From positions 1 to 29,000 of the forward strand of contig CAXHJY010000617.1 of the NCBI GenBank assembly GCA_964016885.1: DNA of 29,000 bases. Direction: 5' to 3'. Position numbers and translations under genes: made by a program. The DNA is from Eledone cirrhosa (taxonomy: Eukaryota). Below are positions 20,172 to 29,000 of the stretch, piece after piece. The stretch's first letter is position 1, and each line of letters starts with the position of its first letter. The notes below the pieces were generated by a model. The model had not been told where the DNA came from. It did not search any database and saw nothing but the letters and a program-made list of their open reading frames with translations.

Positions 20172-23100
20172 CAGGGGCAGAGATGTCAATAACATTACAT
20201 GACAGAGCTTCATCTCGCGCTCTCTCTCTCTCGTTTCATCTTGCGCTCTCTCTCTCTCGTTTCATCTCGCTCTCTCTCTCTCTCGTTTCATCTCTGTCTT
20301 CCTCTCTCTCGTTCCATCTCTCTCTTCCTCTCTCTCGTTCCATCTCTCTCTTCCTCTCTCTCATTCCATCTCTCTCTTCCTCTCTCTCGTTTCATCTCTA
20401 TCTCCCTCCTTTCATCTGTCTCTCTCTCTGTCGTTTCATCTCGCGCTCTCTCTCTCTCGTTTCATCCCGCATTCTCTGTCTCTCGTTTCATCTCGCTCTC
20501 TCTCTCTGTCGTTTCATCTCTGTCTTCCTCTCTCTCGTTCCATCTCTCTCTTCCTCTCTCTCGTTTCATCTCTATCTCCCTCGTTTCATCTCTCTCTCGC
20601 TCTCTCCTTTCATCTCTCTCTCCCTCTCGTTTCATCTCACTTTCGCTCTCCTGTTTCATCTCGCTCTCTACTCTCGTTTCCTCTCTCTCGTTTCCTCTCT
20701 CTCTCGTTTCCTCTCTGTCTCGTTCCATCCCGCTCTCTCTCTCATTACATCTCGCTCTCTCTGTCTCGTTTCATCTCGCTCTCTCTCTCTCTCGTTTCAT
20801 CTCGCTCTCATTCTCTCGTTTCATCTCGCTTCTCTCACTCTCGCGTTTCATCTCGCTCTCCCTGTCTCATTTCATCTCGCTCTCTCTCTCTCTTTCTCTC
20901 TCTCTTGTTTCAACACTCTAATCCCTCACTTGTTTTATCTCTCTCTAATCCCTCACTTGTTTCATCTCTCTCAGAATTATTAGCCACAGGGGCAGAGATG
21001 TCCATAACATTACATGTCAGAATTATTAGCCACAGGGGCAGAGATGTCCATAACATTACATGACAGAATTATTAGCCACAGGGGCAGAGATGTCCATAAC
21101 ATTACATGACAATTATTAGCCCCAAGGGCAGATATGTCCATAACATTACATGACAGAGTTTCATCTCGCGCTCTCTCTCTTCCTCTCTCTCGTTTCATCT
21201 CGCTCTCTCTCTCTCTCGTTTCATATCGCTCTCTCGTTTCATCTCGCTCTCTCTCGTTTCATCTCTGTCTTCCTCTCTCTCGTTCCATCTCTCTCTTCCT
21301 CTCTCTCGTTCCATCTCTCTCTTCCTCTCTCTCGTTTCATCTCTATCTCCCTCCTTTCATTTGTCTCTCTCTCTGTCGTTTCATCTCGCGCTCTCTCTCT
21401 CTCGTTTCATCTCGCGCTCTCTCTCTCTCGTTTCATCTCGCTCTCTCTCTCTCTCGTTTCATCTCTGTCTTCCTCTCTCTCATTCCATCTCTCTCTTCCT
21501 CTCTCTCTTCCTCTCTCTCGTTTCATCTCTATCTCCCTCGTCTCATCTCTCTCTCGCTCTCTCGTTTCATCTCTCTCTCCCTCTCGTTTCATCTCGCTCT
21601 CTACTCTTGTTTCCTCTCTCTCGTTTCCTCTCTGTCTCATTCCATCCCGCTCTCTCTCTCTCTCATTACATCTCGCTCTCTCTGTCTCGTTTCATCTCGC
21701 TCTCTCTCTCTCTCTCGTTTCATCTCGCTCTCTCTCTCTCGTTTCATCTCGCTTCTCTCACTCTCGCGTTTCATCTCGCTCTCCCTGTCTCATTTCATCT
21801 CGCTCTCTCTCTCTCTTGTTTCAACACTCTAATCCCTCACTTGTTTTAGCTCTCTCTAATCCCTCACTTGTTTCATCACTCTCAGAATTATTAGCCACAG
21901 GGGCAGAGATGTCCATAACATTACATGTCAGAATTATTAGCCACAGGGCAGAGATGTCCATAACATTACATGTCGGAATTATTAGCCACAGGGGCAGAGA
22001 TGTCCATAACATTACATGTCAGAATTATTAGCCACAGGGGCAGAGATGTCCATAACATTACATGTCAGAATTATTAGCCACAAGGGCAGAGATGTCCATA
22101 ACATTACATGTCAGAATTATTAGCCACAGGGGTAGAGATGTCCATAACATTACATGACAGAATTATTAGCCACAGGGGCAGAGATGTCCATAACATTACA
22201 TGTCAGAATTATTAGACACAGGGCAGAGATGTCCATAACATTACATGTCAGAATTATTAGCCACAGGGGCAGAGATGTCCATAACATTACATCTCAGAAT
22301 TATTAGCCACAGGGGCAGAGATGTCCATAACATTACATGACAGAATTATTAGCCACAGGGGCAGAGATGTCCATAACATTACATGACAGAATTATTAGCC
22401 ACAGGGGCAGAGATGTCCATAACATTACATGTCAGAATTATTAGCCACAGGGGCAGAGATGTCCATAACATTACATGACAATTATTAGCCCCAAGGGCAG
22501 ATATGTCCATAACATAACATGACAGAGTTTCATCTCGCGCTCTCTCTCTCTCGTTTCATCTCGCGCTCCCTCTCTTCCTCTCTCTCGTTTCATCTCGCTC
22601 TCTCTCTCTCTCGTTTCATCTCTCTCTCTCTCGTTTCATCTCTGTCTTCCTCTCTCTCGTTCCATCTCTCGCTTCCTCTCTCTCGTTCCATCTCACTCTT
22701 CCTCTGTCTCGTTTCATCTCTATCTATCTCTCTCGTTTCATCTCTATCTCTCTCTCTCGTTTCATCTATCTCTCTCTCTGTCGTTTCATCTCCCTCTATC
22801 TCTCTCTCCCTCTCGTTTCATCTCGCTCTCTCTCTCCTGTTTCATCTCGCTCTCTCTCTCTCCTGTTTCATCTCGCTCTCTACTCTCGTTTCCTCTTTCT
22901 CTCGTTTCCACTCTCTCTCGTTTCATCTCTCTCTCCCTCCCGTTTCATCTCGCTCTCTCTCTCTCATTTCATCTCGCTCTCACTCTCTCGTTTCATCTCG
23001 CTCTCTCTCTGTCTCGTTTCATCTCGCTCTCTCTCTCTCATTTCATCTCGCTCTCTCTCTCTCTCATTTCATCTCGCTCTCTCTCTCTCGTTTCATCTCG

Positions 23101-24073
23101 CACTCTCTCTCTCGTTTCATCTCGCTCTCACTCTCTCGTTTCATCTCGCTCTCACTCTCTCGTTTCATCTCGCTCTCCCTATCTCGTTTCATCTGCTCTC
23201 ACTCTCTCATTTCATCACGCTCTCTCTCTTGTTTCAACACTCTAATCCCTCACTTGTTTCATCTCTCTCAGAATTATTAGCCACAGGGGCAGAGATGACC
23301 ATAACATTAATTGTCAGAATTATTAGCCACAGGGGCAGAGATGTCCATAACATTACATGTCAGAATTATTAGCCACAGCGGCAGAGATGTCCATAACATC
23401 ACATGTCAGAATTATTAGCCACAGGGGCAGAGATGTCCATAACATTACATGTCAGAATCATTAGCCTCAGGGGCAGAGATGTCCATAACATTACATGACA
23501 GATTTATTAGCCACAGGGGCAGAGATGTCCATAACATTACATGTCACAATTATTAGCCACAGGGGCAGAGATGTCCATAACATTACATGTCAGAATTATT
23601 AGCCACAGGGACAGAGATGTCCATAACATTACATGACAGATTTATTAGCCACAGGGGCAGAGATGTCCATAACATTACATGACAGATTTATTAGCCACAG
23701 GGGCAGAGATGTCTATAACATTACATGACATAATTATTAGCCACAGGGGCAGAGATGTCCATAACATTACATGACAATTATTAGCCCCAAGGGCATATAT
23801 GTCCATAACATTACATGACAGAGTTTCATCTCGCGCTCTCTCTCTCTCTCGTTTCATAATTTATTAGCCACAGGCGCAGAGATGACCATAACATTGCATG
23901 ACAATTATTAGCCACAGGGGCAGATATGTTCATAACATTACATGTTATGGACATCTCTGCCCCTGTGGCTAATAATTCTGACATGTAATGTTATGGATAT
24001 CTCTGCCCCTGTGGCTAATAATTCTGTCATGTAATGTTATGGACATCTCTGCCCCTGTGGCTAATAATTCTGT

Positions 24074-24228
24074 TCAAATCTGACTGACATGCATGGTATA
24101 TATTTATGTTTCATTATACAACGACACAATACACAGGAACTTATAAAGAAATGTATATATTGTCCAGGAGTTTCGAGTTTAGTGGGAATTGTACAACTCT
24201 CAATTGGAGCTAGTCCCTGAGCTAGTCC
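24074..24228. other. 155-bp non-repetitive cassette inside the satellite (copy 2)
   Basis: Matches 20017-20171 except for one substitution that I could see (GTCGCTG vs GTCCCTG). Confidence 0.9.
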
Positions 24229-27200
24229 CAGGGGCAGAGATGTCAATAACATTACATGACAGAGCTTCATCTCGCGCTCTCTCTCTCTCGTTTCATCTTG
24301 CGCTCTCTCTCTCTCGTTTCATCTCGCTCTCTCTCTCTCTCGTTTCATCTCTGTCTTCCTCTCTCTCGTTCCATCTCTCTCTTCCTCTCTCTCGTTCCAT
24401 CTCTCTCTTCCTCTCTCTCATTCCATCTCTCTCTTCCTCTCTCTCGTTTCATCTCTATCTCCCTCCTTTCATCTGTCTCTCTCTCTGTCGTTTCATCTCG
24501 CGCTCTCTCTCTCTCGTTTCATCCCGCGTTCTCTCTCTCTCGTTTCATCTTGCTCTCTCTCTCTGTCGTTTCATCTCTGTCTTCCTCTCTCTCGTTCCAT
24601 CTCTCTCTTCCTCTCTCTCGTTCCATCTCTCTCTTCCTCTCTCCCGTTTCATCTCTATCTCCCTCGTTTCATCTCTCTCTCGCTCTCTCCTTTCATCTCT
24701 CTCTCCCTCTCGTTTTATCTCGCTTTCGCTCTCCTGTTTCATCTCGCTCTCTACTCTCGTTTCCTCTCTCTCGTTTCCTCTCTCTCTCGTTTCCTCTCTG
24801 TCTCGTTCCATCCCGCTCTCTCTCTCATTACATCTCGCTCTCATTCTCTCGTTTCATCTCGCTTCTCTCACTCTCGTGTTTCATCTCGCTCTCCCTGTCT
24901 CATTTCATCTCGCTCTCTCTCTCTCTTCCTCTCTCTCTCTTGTTTCAACACTCTAATCCCTCACTTGTTTTATCTCTCTCTAATCCCTCACTTGTTTCAT
25001 CTCTCTCAGAATTATTAGCCACAGGGGCAGAGATGTCCATAACATTACATGTCAGAATTATTAGCCACAGGGGCAGAGATGTCCATAACATTACATGACA
25101 GAATTATTAGCCACAGGGGCAGAGATGTCCATAACATTACATGACAGAATTATTAGCCACAGGGGCAGAGATGTCCATAACATTACATGACAATTATTAG
25201 CCCCAAGGGCAGATATGTCCATAACATTACATGACAGAGTTTCATCTCGCGCTCTCTCTCTTCCTCTCTCTCGTTTCATCTCGCTCTCTCTCTCTCTCGT
25301 TTCATCTCGCTCTCTCTCTCTCTCGTTTCATCTCGCTCTCTCGTTTCATCTCGCTCTCTCTCGTTTCATCTCTGTCTTCTACTCTCTCGTTCCATCTCTC
25401 TCTTCCTCTCTCTCGTTCCATCTCTCTCTTCCTCTCTCTCGTTTCATCTCTATCTCCCTCCTTTCATCTGTCTCTCTCTCTGTCGTTTCATCTCGCGCTC
25501 TCTCTCTCTCGTTTCATCTCGCTCACTCTCTCTCTCGTTTCATATCTGTCTTCCTCTCTCTCATTCCATCTCTCTCTTCGTCTCTCTCTTCCTCTCTCTC
25601 GTTTCATCTCTATCTCCCTCGTCTCATCTCTCACTCGCTCTCTCGTTTCATCTCTCTCTCCCTCTCGTTTCATCTCGCTCTCTACTCTCGTTTCCTCTCT
25701 CTCGTTTCCTCTCTGTCTCATTCCATCCCGCTCTCTCTCTCTCTCTCTCATTACATCTCGCTCTCTCTGTCTCGTTTCATCTCACTCTCTCTCTCTCTCG
25801 TTTCATCTCGCTCTCTCTCTCTCGTTTCATCTCGCTTCTCTCACTCTCGCGTTTCATCTCGCTCTCCCTGTCTCATTTCATCTCGCTTACTCTCTCTCTT
25901 GTTTCAACACTCTAATCCCTCACTTGTTTTATCTCTCTCTAATCCCTCACTTGTTTCATCACTCTCAGAATTATTAGCCACGGGGGCAGAGATGTCCATA
26001 ACATTACATGTCAGAATTATTAGCCACAGGGCAGAGATGTCCATAACATTACATGTCGGAATTATTAGCCACAGGGGCAGAGATGTCCATAACATTACAT
26101 GTCAGAATTATTAGCCACAGGGGCAGAGATGTCCATAACATTACATGTCAGAATTATTAGCCACAGGGGCAGAGATGTCCATAACATTACATGTCAGAAT
26201 TATTAGCCACAGGGGCAGAGATGTCCATAACATTACATGACAGAATTATTAGCCACAGGGGCAGAGATGTCCATAACATTACATGTCAGAATTATTAGAC
26301 ACAGGGCAGAGATGTCCATAACATTACATGTCAGAATTATTAGCCACAGGGGCAGAGATGTCCATAACATTACATGACACAATTATTAGCCACAGGTTCA
26401 GAGATGTCCATAACATTACATGACAATTATTTGCCCCAAGGGCAGATATGTCCATTACATTACATGACAGAGATTCATCTCGCGCTCTCTCTCTTCCTCT
26501 CTCTCGTTTCATCTCGCACTCTCGTTTCATCTCGCTCTCTCTCGTTTCATCTCTGTCTTCCTCTCTCTCGTTCCATCTCTCTCTTCCTCTCTCTCGTTCC
26601 ATCTCTCTCTTCCTCTCTCTCGTTTCATCTCTATCTCCCTCCTTTCATCTGTCTCTCTCTCTGTCGTTTCATCTCGCGCTCTCTCTCACTCGTTTCATCT
26701 CACTCTCACTCTCTCTCGTTTCATCTCTGTCTTCCTCTCTCTCGTTCCATCTCTCTCTTCCTCTCTCTCGTTTCATCTCTCTCTCCCTCTCGTTTCATCT
26801 CTCTCTCTCTCTCCTGTTTCATCTCGCTCTCTACTCTCGTTTCCTCTCTCTCGTTTCCTCTCTCTCTCGTTTCCTCTCTGTCTCGTTCCATCCCGCTCTC
26901 TCTCTCATTACATCTCGCTCTCTCTGTCTCGTTTCATCTCGCTCTCTATCTCTCTCGTTTCATCTCGCTCTCACTCTCTCGTTTCATCTCGCTTCTCTCA
27001 CTCTCGCGTTTCATCTCGCTCTCCCTGTCTCATTTCATCTCGCTCTCTCTCTCTCTTCCTCTCTTGTTTCAACACTGTAATCCCTCACTTGTTTTATCTC
27101 TCTCTAATCCCTCGTTTCATCTCTCTCAGAATTATTAGCCACAGGGGCAGAGATGTCCATAACATTACATGTCAGAATTATTAGCCACAGGGGCAGAGAT

Positions 27201-29000
27201 GTCCATAACATTACATGTCAGAATTATTAGCCACAGGGGCAGAGATGTCCATAACATTACATGACAGAATTATTAGCCACAGGGGTAGAGATGTCCATAA
27301 CATTACATGACAGAATTATTAGCCACAGGGGCAGAGATGTCCATAACATTACATGACAATTATTAGCCCCAAGGGCAGATATGTCCATAACATTACATGA
27401 CAGAGTTTCATCTCGCGCTCTCTCTCTCTCTCTCTCGTTTCATCTCGCGCTCTCTTCCTCTCTCTCGTTTCATCTCGCTCTGTCTCTCTCTCTCGTTTCA
27501 TCTCGCTCTCTCTCGTTTCATCTCTCTCTCTCTCTCTCATTTCAGCTCTATCTCCCTCGTTTCATCTGTCTCTCTCTCTGTCGTTTCATCCCCCTCTATC
27601 TCTCTCTCCCTCTCGTTTCATCTCGCTCTCTCTCTCTCCTGTTTCATCTCGCTCTCTACTCTCGTTTCCTCTCTCTTGTTTCCTCTCTCTCTCGTTTCAT
27701 CTCTCTCTTCCTCCCGTTTCATCTCGCTCTCTCTCTCTCGTTTCATCTCGCTCACACTCTCTCGTTTCATCTCGCTCTCACTCTCTCGTTTCATCTCGCT
27801 CTCCCCGTCTCATTTCATCTCGCTCTCTCTCTCTTGTTTCAACACTCCAATCCCTCACTTGTTTCATCTCTCTCAGAATTATTAGCCACAGGGGCAGAGA
27901 TGACCATAACATTACATGTCAGAATTATTAGCCACAGGGGCAGAGATGTCCATAACATTACATGTCAGAATTATTAGCCACAGGGGCAGAGATGTCCATA
28001 ACATTACATGTCAGAATTATTAGCCACAGGGGCAGAGATGTCCATAACATTACATGTCAGAATTATTAGCCACAGGGGCAGAGATGTCCATAACATTACA
28101 TGACAATTATTAGCCCGAAGGGCAGATATGTGCATAACATTACATGACAGAGTTTCATCTCGCGCTCTCTCTCTATCGTTTCATCTCGCGCTCTCTCTCT
28201 TCCTCTCTCTCATTTCATCTCCCTCTCTCTCTCTCTCTCGTTTCATCTCGCTCTCTCTCGTTTCATCTCTGTCTTCCTCTCTCTCGTTCCATCTCTCTCT
28301 TCCTCTCTCTCGTTCCATCTCACTCTTCCTCTCTCTCGTTTCATCTCTATCTCTCTCTCTCGTTTCATCTCTATCTCTCTCTCTCGTTTCATCTGTCTCT
28401 CTCTCTGTCGTTTCATCTCCCTCTATCTCTCTCTCCCTCTCGTTTCATCTCGCTCTCTCTGTCCTGTTTCATCTCGCTCTCTCTCTCTCCTGTTTCATCT
28501 CGCTCTCTCTCTCTCCTGTTTCAACTCGCTCTCTACTCTTGTTTCCTCTCTCTCTCGTTTCATCTCTCTCTCCCTCCCGTTTCATCTCGCTCTCTCTCTC
28601 TCGTTTCATCTCGCTCTCACTCTCTCAATTTCATCTCGCTCTCTCTCTCTCATTTCATCTCGCTCTCTCTCTCTCATTTCATCTCGCTCTCTCTCTCTCG
28701 TTTCATCTCGCTCTCACTCTCTCGTTTCATCTCGCTCTCACTCTCTCGTGTCATCTCGCTCTCCTTGTCTCGTTTCATCTCGCTCTCACTCTCTCATTTC
28801 ATCTCGCTCTCTCTCTCTTGTTTCAACACTCTAATCCCTCACTTGTTTCATCTCTCTCAGAATTATTAGCCACAGGGGCAGAGATGACCATAACATTACA
28901 TGCCAGAATTATTAGCCACAGGGGCAGAGATGTCCATAACATTACATGTCAGAATTATTAGCCACAGGGGCAGAGATGTCCATAACATCACATGTCAGAA

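Larger units (their letters stand above)
17419..29000 (+). repeat. Composite satellite, mainly forward orientation, with two short inverted 46-mer arrays; runs off the window end
   Basis: CT blocks at ~17648, 18580, 19273 (short), 20204, 21155, 22524, 24260, 25236, 26469, 27402 and 28149 are separated by 46-mer arrays of about 4-14 units. Inverted arrays lie at ~19795-20016 and ~23945-24073. Confidence 0.97.

Noticed and set aside
20004-20213. 69-aa ORF across the cassette (also at 24061-24270)
   Set aside because: It starts and ends within satellite units and has no recognisable motif. Its recurrence simply reflects the recent duplication.
108-29000. Dozens of long Ser/Leu-rich and Arg/Glu-rich ORFs (up to 552 aa)
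   Set aside because: They are translations of (CT)n/(GA)n repeat that lacks stop codons. They are open in several overlapping frames, carry no domains, and their indels do not preserve frame between copies.

Overview
Eukaryotic, repeat-dominated DNA with no intact protein-coding gene and no prokaryotic system. The tRNA-derived SINEs resemble octopod cephalopod SINEs as I recall them; this is an inference, not a database match. About 78% of the window (171-9352 and 15565-29000) is one composite satellite. Each ~0.7-1.3 kb monomer is a short array of a 46-bp minisatellite (AGAATTATTAGCCACAGGGGCAGAGATGTCCATAACATTACATGTC) followed by a 0.5-0.9 kb CT-rich block built from GTTTCATCTCG(CT)n-type subunits. 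The monomers fall into three variant classes in an A-B-C higher-order order, switch strand at fold-back junctions (~4345, ~17418, ~19793, ~23943) and include a recent ~4 kb tandem duplication carrying a 155-bp non-repeat cassette. A 6.2-kb island (9353-15564) sits between oppositely oriented satellite arms. It holds a degenerate, internally deleted Helitron RepHel gene, six tRNA-SINE copies or fragments (two with 16-bp target-site duplications, TSDs), a Tx1/L1-like ORF2 fragment, a 61-bp tandem array derived from a CR1-type LINE C-terminus and a hammerhead-ribozyme-like motif. Nearly all ORFs in the supplied track are artefacts of low-complexity repeat.
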